Notes: generated by a model not told the origin, from the sequence alone. Positions 40,670-53,573 are shown, counted from the stretch's first letter. The stretch: DNA of 64,000 nucleotides from Candidatus Binatia bacterium (GCA_963666315.2 CAXXHG010000032.1:1-64000); one strand, 5' to 3'. Numbers and translations: made by a program.

Positions 40670-41458
40670 CTATTCCGTCGGGGCGCGGGTGAATTCCAGG
40701 AAATATTGGTAGGGTAAAAAATCTACAGACCGCGCCAGTTGCAAACCTGCCTGCTGAAACTCCTGCGTGATCGCTGCCGCAGACAATTTCCACTCGGCAG
40801 GCGGCCCAAAGGGCGCCGGTTTGTCATTGAAATCTACAATGATCACCCGGCCACCGGCTCGCAAGGCAGAGGCGAGCGAGCGTATATAGTCCACGCGGTC
40901 GGGGATATGGTGATAGGTGTCGCAGATGAAGATGACATCTATAGACTGCGGGTCTAATTGCGGATCGGTGGGGTGCACCTGCCGGGCAGTATAATTTTTC
41001 AGGCCACGTTGCTGGGCGTCCGCGTTCATGTATGCGACCATACTGGCTTCGACATCCAGGCCCAGCGCCCTCCCGTCCGCCCCAACGGTCTCGGCGAACC
41101 GACGCGTAAAATAGCCCGTGCCTGCACCGATATCCGCTACCACGTCACCGGGCTGCAACTGCATATGGGCCAGCACTTCGTCCGGTTTCTGCCACGCGTC
41201 TCGCTCCGTGTTTTCAAACATCTCTACGGCTTTGTCGATGTCGTCAAATCGTTGCTTGGTGGCATCGCCATGATGGCCGTGCTGGCGATGCCCCTCTGCA
41301 TGCGCTCCATGTAAATCTGCGGGCGTATGCTGCTCGGCATCCTGATGCGCAGCCCACGCAATGGGAACAGCCAGGCCAACGATCAGAGTAAGCACGAGGG
41401 CAAGCGAACGGAGCCGCGCCTGCGTGTTACGACTGTGTGTCCATCCAACTATGTTCAT
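40670..41458 (-). CDS. Class I SAM-dependent methyltransferase with signal peptide and His-rich linker
   Basis: GGAGG RBS; hydrophobic leader ending AWA; RDAWQKPDEVL, VADIGAGTGYF, DTYHHI. Confidence 0.88.
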   Translation of the reverse strand: MNIVGWTHSRNTQARLRSLALVLTLIVGLAVPIAWAAHQDAEQHTPADLHGAHAEGHRQHGHHGDATKQRFDDIDKAVEMFENTERDAWQKPDEVLAHMQLQPGDVVADIGAGTGYFTRRFAETVGADGRALGLDVEASMVAYMNADAQQRGLKNYTARQVHPTDPQLDPQSIDVIFICDTYHHIPDRVDYIRSLASALRAGGRVIIVDFNDKPAPFGPPAEWKLSAAAITQEFQQAGLQLARSVDFLPYQYFLEFTRAPTE

Positions 41459-41618
41459 ATATATCCTCCCAATGGTTTGTTGTGTATGTCCGAATCTTGA
41501 ACATCTCCCGCTTACGCTGGGCTCTATTTGGCTCCACCCACCACACCCACAACGAGGTGGGTGACAACAGTCTGCCACTTCACTCCCGGCAATTGCCGTC
41601 CCACTACAAGCAGGGAGG

Positions 41619-42141
41619 TCACCCCGTGCAGCGTGCAGCGCAGCGCTTGCAGGACGACTTTTGAGATCGAGCCCCTGGGGCCATACGTCCGGATTCTTGT
41701 ATGACGCGGGCGGAGCCGTGTCCAACATGCGCTTGGCCTTCCACGTGCTGCTTGAGCTTGGCGGCCTGCCGAGAGAGAGCGGGTGGCGGCGTTAGCAAAA
41801 AAATGGCTTCATACGCGTGAGGATTTTCAAGACCAAATGTGACATAGGCCAGGGCCACAGCATCCAACCGGCGGCCTGGGTCAAGCTCCTGAGCGGCAGT
41901 CGTCTCTAGCTGATCAGCCAACCGTCCGAGGTCTCCCTCGATTAACTCGGATAACAAGTCGTCCTTATCGGAAAAAGTGGAGGTATATCGTCCGAGGCGT
42001 ATACCCGATCTTCTCAGCAAGACCCCGCATGGTCACCCCAGCGAGGCCGCTCTGTACAAACAGTTCCCGGGTGGCTGCAAGAATAGCCTGCCGGACGTTT
42101 TTGCGGGCTTGCTCACGCAAGCGAGTTTTCACCTGTGGCAT
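41619..42141 (-). pseudogene. TetR/AcrR-family regulator (WHG-type C-terminus), frameshifted
   Basis: MPQVKTRLREQARKNVRQAILAATRELF..GVTMR; YVTFGLENPHAYEAIF. Confidence 0.75.
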
Positions 42142-42176
42142 AAGAACCTCAGTCGTAGATATACATCATTACGTAA

Positions 42177-42204
42177 AATATACGATGTTTACCAATAACG
42201 TCAA
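42177..42204 (-). promoter_or_regulatory. Putative sigma70 promoter of tetR
   Basis: TTGACG-16 nt-TATATT in an AT-rich patch 36 nt upstream of the ATG. Confidence 0.5.
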
Positions 42205-42609
42205 GAAGGTGTAAATCTACACGATTCACTAGCCTCAGCCCACCGGCTACGGGCCGTACGCTGCCACGTTCGCACCATACGAGGCGGCCGGACGCGCGGC
42301 TGTGATCAGTTGAGGCTGTGGTGAGTTGACGTGGGTATCTGGCCGGAGGAAGCGCTTTCCTGGTGCATGGCGGCTGGCCCTCCCGCAACGGGTGGCGCTG
42401 CCACCGAAGGGTCGTCTCCGAAAACAGACTCTTTAATCGAGTCTCACCATTTTCTAGAGAGGGGAGAAGGGTTGCATCGGGCGTTTTGAGAACAGACACC
42501 ACCTTACATCTTCTCCATCACATTCCGGGCAAAATCTTCAATCACACCGTACTGCGTCTCAAACAACGGCAGCAGCAATCAAATGCTTGAGCCCCGCCTG
42601 CTCCAGTTG

Positions 42610-43508
42610 GGCGGACTTGCTCAATAATCTCTTTCCGGCGTCCCAACCAAACAGGTGATTCGATCAATCAAGACAGGATCGACATCTCCGTCCTCTTTCC
42701 GACGCTGGGACTGATCTGGGAGCCTGGGGATCACGAATATTGAGCTGTCGTCCGCATACTGCCGGGCGTATAACAACTGGATCGTGGACTTTTGTTCTGC
42801 CGACCCCAAGCGGCTGGTACCCGTCGCTCATATTGTCCTTTTGGACATCGATGAAACCATTAAAGAGGTTGCAGCGAGTGAGCAAACTGGGCATTCAAGG
42901 GCGTGTTCGTGTGCGCAGCGCCGGCCAATAAACGCGCGTTCTGGGACCGAGCCTTATGATCCGCTGTGGGCTGTGCTGCAGGATGATGATTTATCTATCG
43001 GGTTTCACACCGCCGTCCACGAGGACTTTCTCGGTCATCAGTGGATCTCCGCAGAACATACCGACTTCATGGATGAGTCGTTTGTCTACTTTCAGTGCGT
43101 GCCGCTTGTCGCCAATGTGCAGGCCGCCTTTGCCGTACTGTTGCAGGGAGCTGTCTTTGATCACTTTCCCAAACTTAAAGTGAATTTCTTGGAGGTGGGG
43201 TGCCGGCTGGATTCCGCACGCGCTGAACCGGTGGGACTCAAAATATAAGAAGACCGGCCTGAAACATTTACCGAGTGACTACTTCGCTCAACAATGTTGG
43301 ATTTCCTTTGACCCAGATGAGACTACGATCCCATATATGGCCGAGCGGTACGGCGCAGAACGCCTTATCTGGGCATCAGACTTTCCACACTGGGACGGCA
43401 GCCTGGACGCATTAAGAGAGACGAAAGAGGCCATCGCGCCTTTATCCCCACACGAGCAACAGTGTATCCTGGGTGACAATGTTGCCCGGATTTATAATTT
43501 ATCTTGAA
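42610..43508 (+). pseudogene. Amidohydrolase_2 family protein, fragmented
   Basis: YNNW..DFCSADPKRL, YDPLWA, GAVFDHFPKLK..FLE, IWASDFPHWDG, ILGDN. Confidence 0.8.
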
Positions 43509-43524
43509 TAAAGAGGACAGCGCG

Positions 43525-43920
43525 ATGTTTGATCTTGAGCAATTTGTTGAGGACTGTAAGGGCAAACGCGCCTCTGCGGTGAAGGAAGTGCTGGAGGACG
43601 CGCTACGCGACCCGGAGAGTGTCTAGCAGGCCTTTGATGCCGTTGCACCTGGCAAGGAGGTCGGGCAAGGCAATATCGCAGATATGGCCCTGTACAAGTC
43701 ATCGGAACTGACGATCCTCAAAGCCGCGGTGCTGGCCGGGTTCAAGAGTCCACCGCATGATCACCGCATGTGGGTGGTGATCGGCGTCTACGAGGGGCAG
43801 GAGAACAATACCTTCTATCGGCGCAGTGGCAAAAGTCTCGAACGGGCCGGCGGGAAAGACCTCAAAACGGGGGGTGTGATGGTACTGGGAGAGGATGCCA
43901 TCCATGCTATTGAGAATCCA
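43525..43920 (+). pseudogene. Cysteine-dioxygenase-like cupin, nonsense codon and truncated
   Basis: MFDLEQFVEDCK; SPPHDHRMWVVIGVYEGQENNTFYRR...DAIHAIENP. Confidence 0.75.
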
Positions 43921-45082
<1,162 letters not shown>

Positions 45083-45410
45083 GCAGGTGTCCTCCTCAAC
45101 CGAGTTTATGCCGCACCCTCTTCACAGTCCTCGTCTGTTCTTTTATGCTTGTGCGGCGTGCCATAGGTGTTCTTCAGTTCCCTTAAAGAAGTCGGGATTT
45201 ATGCCCAATATCTTGACCGCGTATTCTCACTCCTCGACGGCTTCTTGCGGCGTATACCTGGGAATGGCCCCAGCGGCAGTATGACGGATGAAGAGAGGCG
45301 AAGGTCAGAAGCTAGTGTGGTAATCGCATTCTCGTCTGCAGGATGGCCCGGAAATGTCCATTCGGGCGCCGTTTGGGCATGTGTATCCGGCTAGCGCAGG
45401 GTAAGAAAAT

Positions 45411-45434
45411 GGGGCCAGAAAAGCCTGACCCCAT
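45411..45434. repeat. GGGGTCAG/CTGACCCC-type REP-like hairpin
   Basis: GGGGCCAG-AAAAGC-CTGACCCC; same core as the RAYT end (about 28890-28897) and the variant CAGACCCC near 37430. Confidence 0.5.
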
Positions 45435-45476
45435 TTCTATTCTCCGTTTCTATTTTTCCGAGACCTACCCCGAGAC

Positions 45477-47310
45477 CTATCCAATAATGAGACCTTCGAA
45501 ATCACCCTGTTCGCGCCAGCTGGCGAGCATGTTGTAAAAGGGTACCGCGCCATCGGGGTATTGGGTCTCGATGAAACCCTGCCCCTCGTTTTTCCCCTCT
45601 CCATTGTAATATCCAGGAGTGCAGATGTTCTGGTACTCAGTCATGAAAGTCGGTCCGGTCACTATCTTCACCCACTCAGCCTCAGCCTCGGGGGTAGGTT
45701 CCAGTGACTTTGCTTCGCGTGCGTTCATCTGTGTGATGAGATGAGCGATGTGGATGGCCTGCCCGTTCAACATATAGGTGAAGTTCGGTGCGAGGCCCGG
45801 TTTGGGTGAGGACCCATGTGGAAGCAGTTCGGGAAGCCGTGGCTCAGGAAGCCGTGATAGGTCTTCATGCCGTCCGCCCAGTAGTCGGTCAGCGAGAGCC
45901 CGTCTCGGCCGTACATCTCGAACTCGGAGCGCCGCGTGTAAGCCGTCCCGACCTCGAAGCCCGTGGCGTAGATCAGGCAGTCCACTTCGTACTCGACGCC
46001 GTCCACGACCACCGCGTTCTCGGTCACGCGCTCGACACCCCTTCCCCTTGGAGTCTCACCAGCTTCACGTTGGGCCGGTTGAATGTGGGTAGATATTCGT
46101 CGTTGAAGGTCGGTCGCTTGCACCACTGTCCATACCACGGTTTGAGTGCCTCGGCCGTCTCCGAGTTGCTCACAGTCGAGGACACGCGCTCGCGAATCTC
46201 GTTCATCTTCTGGTAGTCGGCGATCTCCGACATGGCCGCCATGCCTTCGTCGGAGAGGTCCGAGTTCTCCTTGCCGGTGAGCAGTTCGGAGAGCTTCTTG
46301 AAGAGGCTCGTCCACTTGTCGCTGACGAGATCTTCATCAACAGGCAGCCCGGCTAAGATGGAGCAGAAGTTGGTGTTCCGATAGTCCTGCCATCCTGGCT
46401 CGAGCGTCTTCACCCATTCCGGGTCGGTCGGTGTGTTGCAGCGTTCGTCGACTGAGGACGGCGTGCGCTGGAACACGTAGAGCTGCTTGGCGTGCTCGCC
46501 GAGATGCGACACGGACTGAATCGCAGTGGCCCCGGTCCCAACGATGCCCACGCGTTTGTCGTTGAGTTTGTGCATGCCGCCGGTGGTATCGCCGCCGGTG
46601 TAGTCATAGTCCCAGCGACTGGTGTGGAAGCTATGACCCTTGAATTTCTCGATCCCAGGGATCGCGGGCAGCTTAGGCCGGTTCAAAGGCCCACTCGACA
46701 TGATCACAAAGCGCGCCTTGAAGATATCGCCGCGATCGGTCTTGACCGTCCAGGACTCTTCCTCATCGTCCAAGCGCGCAGTTTTTACCCTGGTCTGGAA
46801 GCAGGTCTGCTCGTAGAGGTTGAAGTGCTTGCCGATCCGCTGGGCGTGCGCAAAGATCTCCGGCGCGAAGGAGTATTTTTCCTTCGGGATGTATCCGGTC
46901 TCTTCGAGCAGCGGCAAATACACATAGGATTCGATGTCACACTGGGCGCCGGGATAGCGGTTCCAGTACCAGGTCCCGCCAAAATCTCCGGCCGTTTCGA
47001 TGATGCGAATATTGGTGATCCCGGCCTTCTGAAGCCGAGCCGCGGCAAGGAGGCCGCCAAAGCCCCCGCCGACGATCAGCACATCGAGCTCTTCTTGCAT
47101 CGCATGGCGCGTATAGCCCGGCTCGACGTAGGGGTCTACGTCGTAGCGCTCGTGCTCGCCTTTGATTTCCCGGTATTGGTTGTTCCCGTCCACGCGCAGA
47201 CGCTTGGTGCGTTCCGCGGCGTACTTCTGGCGCATTTCAGCAGGATCGAATCCCAGCTCTTCGGGAGTCGGAATTCCGCTCGGTTCGGATTGTGTTACAG
47301 CTTCACTCAT
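45477..47310 (-). pseudogene. Long-type Baeyer-Villiger monooxygenase (CDMO/PntE-like), two frameshifts
   Basis: [49 protein letters not shown]. Confidence 0.9.
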
Positions 47311-47547
47311 CGTGTCAGCCCTCTTTTTCGATTAGGACGCCTTCCTTGCGGCGCATCTCAATTGCTTTGTCATTCTCCCCGGCGGCATGCAAACCGCACA
47401 CCTCATGCAAAATCCGGTGTGCAGTGAATGCCTGGTCCCTCATTAGCATAGGCCGAATTTTTACACATCGATCCAAGTTTTACAAGATTCCACAAGGTGG
47501 CCGGCCAGTACATTATGGTTCGAATCACCTTTCCCCGGGTTCAGCGC

Positions 47548-47577
47548 TTGACGTCCCCCAGGGGTTCAAAGGATAAT
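47548..47577 (+). promoter_or_regulatory. Putative sigma70 promoter of the carboxylase-like operon
   Basis: TTGACG-18 nt-GATAAT, then AGGAG RBS and ATG 47603. Confidence 0.5.
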
Positions 47578-47602
47578 CGCCTACTAATGAAAGGAGACAT
47601 CC

Positions 47603-49852
47603 ATGGGGATAGTCCACGGGGAAAGAACTCTCAAAGAAGTCGTCGAGGAGCGCGAGCGCAACCAGGCTGAGACGGGCTCTTCGTACGGTCAGCGTGCGCT
47701 CCCACTCTTTGAGCATGAGCCAACTCAGCTTGAGCGGATTTACTGGAAACTTATCACGGCTACGCAGTATGGGCGGGACACGTCCATGCTGATCTCAACC
47801 TCGCCGAGTGCCATCACTGGCGAGTTGCTGCAGTTTGTCGCCACACCAGACGGACGTGCGGTTGCCTCGTCATGGGGTCTGTGTGGTCATTCCGGTGCCC
47901 TGCGGATGATGATCGGCACCATGGGCAGACTTGACTATGAGGAAGACCAGGGCATGGGAGGCATCCGCGACGGTGATATTTTCTCGTGTAATGACCCCGT
48001 GCATGGCAGCTCACAGAACAACGATATGTATACCGTTGTGCCGCTCTTTGCTGAAGACAAGCTCATTGGCTGGGCGGCAGGCAGCCTGCATCTGGTGGAT
48101 ATCGGGAGCGCGCTTACGCCAGGCATGGCCGGGGTGTCGCCGACCACCTATACCGATGGCTTGGTCGTTCCTCCGCAGAAGACGGGCCAGAACTTCGTCC
48201 AATCAAAATCCTGGGAGCTGACCCTTAAACGCCGTACGCGTATGGGGGTGATGAATGTGCTTGATGACAAAATGAAACTGGTCGGCGCGCTGATGGTCCG
48301 CGAGCGCGTCCTCAATATGGTGGAAGAGTTTGGCGCTGAGCGTTTTGTCCAAGCCATGCAAGAGATTATTGAGCGCGACCGGCGCGAGATCATTGCACGC
48401 ATAAAAGCCTGGCAGGTGCCGGCGATCTCGCATCATCCTAAGATTATTCATGTCACCCAAAAGGAGTATCTGGGCACTGCCTTTCCAGAGGCTGTGGACT
48501 GTACGCTCCACGTCCCGGCAACGTGTCAGATCAATCCCGATGGCACCATAACTCAGGATTTTCGAGGCGCCAGCTCTCAGGGGTTTCACCATTACAACTG
48601 TTATCCCGGCGGCTGGAATCTTGGCGCATATACGGACTTCCCTGTCCTGGCCATGGCCCCGGCAATGAGCAATGCCATCTATGAAATCGCGCGGCGCAAG
48701 ACCGATCCCGGCAGCATATGCCAACCAAGCCGGGATGACCTCGGCTCAGTTCATGGCTGCGTCATGGCCATTGATGCCCACAGCAATCTTGGCCGCGGCT
48801 ATGCCCTGGGGCGTTTCGCCAGGGGCTTTCTGGAAGAGGCCTGGGTCAACGAAGTCTTGTGGGGCATTAGCTCTTTTGAGGGTGAATTCGGCAACGGCAC
48901 CCCCTTTGCCAGTGCCGACTGGAGTCTGACTGCCAATATGCCCCTCGGCGTCACACCCTGGCGAGATGGGGTGCCTGTGGCAGTTGGCACCGGCAACCCG
49001 CTGTCTGATATTGGTGAGGCAGAAGAGTACGAGTTCCTGTGTCCGGCTATCACCCATGTCAGTCGGGGATTAGTCGCCGATGTGATGGTGCACGGCAAGT
49101 ATCGTGGACCTGTCGCTTTTGGCATAGGCTATCTCGTGACGAACCCCGGGGGGAAAATGACCTTCCATAGTACCGGCTCTCCAACCGGGACTTCTCCGGC
49201 CTGTGTCGTCGGGATCTGCGGCGGCTATCCCGCCCTGCCTGCTTACATTCTGCTTTTACACAAGACCAACGTCCAGGAACTCATCGACAAACAAATTCCT
49301 TTGCCACGCCATGTGCTCGAAGCGAGAGACTATCTGAAACAAGGGATACTCACCGCCGAGCAGATACACGACAACACTACAGAAACGCCCGAATGGGAAG
49401 TGGAAGACGGAGACCTGATCTATTATGCAAACGAGGCCGGCAGTTCGTGGGGTGAGCCGTTAGACCGAGATCCTGCTCGGGTTTGCTATGACCTGGAAGA
49501 AGGCTGGCTGTCGCCGGACGTGGCGAAAACAGTCTATGGCGTTGTGGCGCGAAATGCAGAAGTTGCAGGACATTCAGACCATGCACAACACACCTGGACC
49601 TTAGACGAGGAGGCAACTCAACAGGCCCGGAGTCGTATCAAAGAGCGCAGAAAACAACGCGCCATGCCTGTCCAAGACTGGTGGACAAACGAGCGCAAGC
49701 GAGTGCAGAACAACGATCTGCCTGAGCTGAGCCGAACGATGTACCAGGATTGTCTCCAATACGAAAAATTCCGGGACGAGTTTGTATCGTTTTGGCAGTT
49801 GGCGGACGGCGCGCATGCGGCTGGCGAACAAGAGGCAACGCATGGATCTTAA
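47603..49852 (+). CDS. Hydantoinase B/oxoprolinase family, acetone carboxylase alpha-subunit-like (divergent)
   Basis: 749 aa; GDIFSCNDP, HLVDIG, DIGEAEEYE, GKYRG, WGEPLDRDP..V..DLEEG; overlaps the gamma-like gene. Confidence 0.88.
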   Translation: MGIVHGERTLKEVVEERERNQAETGSSYGQRALPLFEHEPTQLERIYWKLITATQYGRDTSMLISTSPSAITGELLQFVATPDGRAVASSWGLCGHSGALRMMIGTMGRLDYEEDQGMGGIRDGDIFSCNDPVHGSSQNNDMYTVVPLFAEDKLIGWAAGSLHLVDIGSALTPGMAGVSPTTYTDGLVVPPQKTGQNFVQSKSWELTLKRRTRMGVMNVLDDKMKLVGALMVRERVLNMVEEFGAERFVQAMQEIIERDRREIIARIKAWQVPAISHHPKIIHVTQKEYLGTAFPEAVDCTLHVPATCQINPDGTITQDFRGASSQGFHHYNCYPGGWNLGAYTDFPVLAMAPAMSNAIYEIARRKTDPGSICQPSRDDLGSVHGCVMAIDAHSNLGRGYALGRFARGFLEEAWVNEVLWGISSFEGEFGNGTPFASADWSLTANMPLGVTPWRDGVPVAVGTGNPLSDIGEAEEYEFLCPAITHVSRGLVADVMVHGKYRGPVAFGIGYLVTNPGGKMTFHSTGSPTGTSPACVVGICGGYPALPAYILLLHKTNVQELIDKQIPLPRHVLEARDYLKQGILTAEQIHDNTTETPEWEVEDGDLIYYANEAGSSWGEPLDRDPARVCYDLEEGWLSPDVAKTVYGVVARNAEVAGHSDHAQHTWTLDEEATQQARSRIKERRKQRAMPVQDWWTNERKRVQNNDLPELSRTMYQDCLQYEKFRDEFVSFWQLADGAHAAGEQEATHGS

Positions 49853-50417
49853 AATGAAAGAGAAAATCCGGCTGCTGGTTGACGGACAGCTTCCTGAGGA
49901 TCAAGTCAAAGACCTCATCAGAATGCCAACCAAGGACCCGGACCGCTTCTGGACCTATCTGCAAGTTCTCCAGGAACGGGTGGCCTGGGACGACACCATG
50001 CTGCTCCGGATATCAGAGCATCTCTATATCGTGCAGAAAGAAGAGAGCGGCAAGGTAATCAGCAGGGTGGTCAAATGCGATTGTGGGCATGAATTCGGCG
50101 ACTATCGGACGAACTGGAAATTGCAGGCTATGATTGCCGTCCGGAAAACTACACCCGAGCTTGAAGAGGTGTATAACGCCGGCATCATGCCTGATCCTGA
50201 ACATTTGGAAGTGAGAGAATTCTACTGTCCAGGCTGCTCTGCCCAGCTCGGCGTTGAGGTTGCCCCGCATGGCTATCCCATTGTATTCGAACTCTTACCC
50301 GATTTGGACAGCCTATACCGGGAGTGGCTGGGCCGACCGCTAGCGGATGAAAGTCCGGACTGGTTTCAGGATCGTTCTTCTACGCTGACGGCTGCATGGG
50401 CCAAGGAAGTAGAATAA
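49842..50417 (+). CDS. acxC: Acetone carboxylase gamma-subunit-like protein
   Basis: KDPDRFWTY, LLRISEHLYIV, KCDCGHEFGDYRTNWK, REFYCPGC, LPDLD. Confidence 0.88.
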   Translation: MDLKMKEKIRLLVDGQLPEDQVKDLIRMPTKDPDRFWTYLQVLQERVAWDDTMLLRISEHLYIVQKEESGKVISRVVKCDCGHEFGDYRTNWKLQAMIAVRKTTPELEEVYNAGIMPDPEHLEVREFYCPGCSAQLGVEVAPHGYPIVFELLPDLDSLYREWLGRPLADESPDWFQDRSSTLTAAWAKEVE

Positions 50418-52573
50418 TGACCGACCACGCACGCTATTTTCTGGCCCTAGATGCTGGCGGCACAATGACCGACTGTTACCTCTCAGACGAAGAGGGCAAC
50501 GGCTATATCGGCAAGAGCTTGACCGTCCCAGAGAATCAGGCGGAGAGTTATCTCGAATCGGTTGGCGACGCGGCCCAGGAAGCCGGCGTCACACGGAGTC
50601 AGGTCCACGCCGAAACCCAGCTCGCGATTTATGCCGGCACGACAATGACGAACTTGGTCATAACCGGAACTGGTTCGAAGGTGGGTCTGCTCGTCACTCG
50701 CGGCTTTGAACACTCTCCCTATATCGAGCGTGGACTCACCTGGCTCGGCCAAACGCGCCTGGAGCAAGCTAAATGGCAGCTGCACGAACACACGGCTCCG
50801 TTAGTTGTGCTCAGGCATGTGAAAGGCATCTCCGAACGTATTCTCGGCGGCAGTCCGTATCGCGCGGGACCTAAGCTGGCAGAAGGCACCGTTTTAATCC
50901 CCCTCAACGAAAAAGAAGTCGAAGCTGCGGTCCACCAATTCCTGGCTGAGGGGATCGAAGCCATCGGCATTGTCTTTCTGTGTTCATACACCAATTCCAG
51001 TCATGAGCAGCAAGCCCAAGCAATTGCTGAGCGCATAATTGCTGAGCGTAGGAAAAATATCCCAGTCGTGATTTCTGCTGATATTTGTGCCCGGCGCCAA
51101 GAAAGTACACGCATGAAGAGTGTCTTGATTGAGTGTTACGGGGCAGAGCAAACGCGCACCCAACTCCTGGCGGTTGAAGAGGCAGCCCAGGCAGACCACT
51201 ACCCATACGAACTGGGAACCTTGCTCTTATACGGTGCGGTGGCCAATATCCGACATCCGCGCCTGTATGAGACCGTGGTCTCAGGGCCCATAGGTGGCAT
51301 CCTGGGCGGCAAAGCCTTGGCCGATGCCAAAGGCTGGCAGAATGTCGTGTGCTGCGATCTGGGTGGAACCACTTTTGATGTTGCGCGATTGTGGATGGCC
51401 TGCTGCCAGTTGCGCGTAGTCTGGACTTCGCCCGCCATCGGCTCAACGCGCCGGCCTTAGGCATCGACTCCATCGGCTCAGGCGCAGGGACGGAAATCCA
51501 TGTAGACGCGCACTATAAACGGCTCACCTTAGGGCCGGAGAGTGCAGGTCCCCAGGTCGGCATGTGCTTGAACCATCCCGATATTACCGTAGCCGACGTA
51601 GACCTGGTGTTGGGCTATCTGTCGCCGGACAATTTTCTTGGCGGACGGGTCAAGCTTGATCGCGACAAGGCGCTCGCCGCACTTGAAGAGCGGCTTGCCC
51701 GGCCGCTCGGAATAGATGTGTACGAGGCCTGCGAAGGAGTCTTGGACATGATCCATGACTCCCTGGGCGATCATATTAACGGCTCATTGCTCAGTCGTGG
51801 GCTCAGTCCAGGAGCCTATGTTCTTTTGGTGTACGGCGGCAGCGGGCCACTTCACCTCTGGGGCGTGGCTGAGCGCGTGGAGGCGGCTGCGGTATGTACG
51901 GCACCGTGGGCGGCCGCGTTCTCTGCCTGGGGCATATCGGTGGCAGAAAGTTTTTCTCGGATTGAGAAAACCGTGGTGTGTACGCTCTCGCCAGGGTTGG
52001 CTGCTGACGAACGTCTCCAGGAAGCCCAGAAGGTCGCGGCAGCCTGGGCGTGAACTGGAAGAGCAGGCGTATGACGAACTCGCTCGGGTGGGGGTCTCCA
52101 AGGAGACGATCGACTTCCGCTATGGCATCTCCGCGCGCTATGTCGGCCAACTGTTTGTGAGCTGGAGCGCTCACGTACCGCGCGGCACAGTCGAAACGCA
52201 ACACGACGTTGATATGTTGATTGACAGTTTTGAGCAAGAGTTTGGTCGCATCTATCCGGTAGCCGGACGCTTCCCCGAGGCCGGCTATCAGATCGACGGC
52301 GCATTTATTGAAGCCGTGGTAGACAAACGTCCGCCCATTATTCGGCAGTTTGCGTTAGGAGATAAGACCCCCGACCCGGCGGCTTCGAAAGGACAGCGCA
52401 AAGCCTATTGGAAGAAGGAATGGTTGGACTTTAGCCTGTGGGACATGGACAGCCTCAGGGCGGGTAATGTGGTCGAAGGACCGGCGATTATCGAGCATTC
52501 TATGACCACGTTTGTCATCCCACCGGGGAAGCGGGTCGAATGGGATGAACATCAGGTGCTGTGGTATCGCTGA
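50417..52573 (+). pseudogene. Hydantoinase A/oxoprolinase family, acetone carboxylase beta-subunit-like, two frameshifts (about 51385 and 52050)
   Basis: DAGGTMTD, SGPIGG, DLGGTTFD, SIGSGAG, YGGSGPLH, GPAIIEH. Confidence 0.88.
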
Positions 52574-52601
52574 TCCGAATCAAGGAAAAAGGAGGAATAC
52601 C

Positions 52602-53564
52602 ATGAATATGAAAGATCGACTCGACCCAGAACTGGCGGCTCCACTCGAGACCTTTCTTAGCCTGACCGGTGGCGGGCTCAACCTGTATGACATTCCGGCG
52701 ACCCGTAAGAGGATGGATGAGATGGCGGCAGCTCAGATGGCCAAGATGCCTGTAATCGAGGGAATCGCAAGCATGGATCGACATGTGCCTGGGCCTGATG
52801 GGGATGTGTTCGTTCGCATCTACCAGCCAACAGATCGGCCCGCAACGCTGCCTGCCCTGGTGTGGATACATGGTGGTGGCTATGTCCTCGGAAGCGTTGA
52901 GCGAGATGACCTGCTGGCCACGCATTTAGCCAAAGTCGCGCAGTGTCTGGTTGTATCGGTTGAGTACCGGATTGCTCCTGAATTTCCCTCTCCTGCCGCG
53001 GTTGAGGACAGCTATGCTGCGCTCAAGTGGTTGGCGACGCATACGAGCGAACTCGGTGTTGAGCTGTCGCGGATTGCCATCGGCGGAGCAAGCGCCGGCG
53101 GCGGGGTGGCGGCTGGCCTGGCACTATTGACCCGCGACCGAGCTGAAGTCGAGCTTGCCTTTCAACTGCTGATCTACCCCATGATCGATGACCGAAACGT
53201 CGTTGCCGCTAGCGAGACGCGGCCTGATACCTATGTGTGGACTCGGGAAAATAACCTCATGGGCTGGCGAGCCTACCTCGGGCGTGAGCCCGGCGGAGAA
53301 GATGTGTCGCCTTATGCTGCTGCCTCTCGGGCCACCGATCTGAGCGGTTTGCCTCCCGCCTATATTCCAGTAGGCGAACTGGATTTATTCTTGGACGAGA
53401 ACATCAATTACGCCCAGCGTCTGCTTGCGGCCGGAGTCCCGACCGAACTGCACGTGTATCCGGGCGCCTATCACGGCTTCAACGGTATTGCGCCCCGTGC
53501 AGATATCGCCCAGCGCTTAAATACTGAGCGCGATAACGCACTCAAACGGATGCTACAGCGTTAA
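52602..53564 (+). CDS. HSL-family (family IV) esterase/lactonase
   Basis: HGGG, GASAGG, D...HGF; GGAGG RBS. Confidence 0.93.
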   Translation: MNMKDRLDPELAAPLETFLSLTGGGLNLYDIPATRKRMDEMAAAQMAKMPVIEGIASMDRHVPGPDGDVFVRIYQPTDRPATLPALVWIHGGGYVLGSVERDDLLATHLAKVAQCLVVSVEYRIAPEFPSPAAVEDSYAALKWLATHTSELGVELSRIAIGGASAGGGVAAGLALLTRDRAEVELAFQLLIYPMIDDRNVVAASETRPDTYVWTRENNLMGWRAYLGREPGGEDVSPYAAASRATDLSGLPPAYIPVGELDLFLDENINYAQRLLAAGVPTELHVYPGAYHGFNGIAPRADIAQRLNTERDNALKRMLQR

Positions 53565-53573
53565 ATCGAAGCA

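Noticed and set aside
47383-47400. Sigma54 promoter for the carboxylase-like operon
   Set aside because: GG-N10-GC spacing is present but the match to TGGCAC-N5-TTGC is poor, and no activator gene is nearby.
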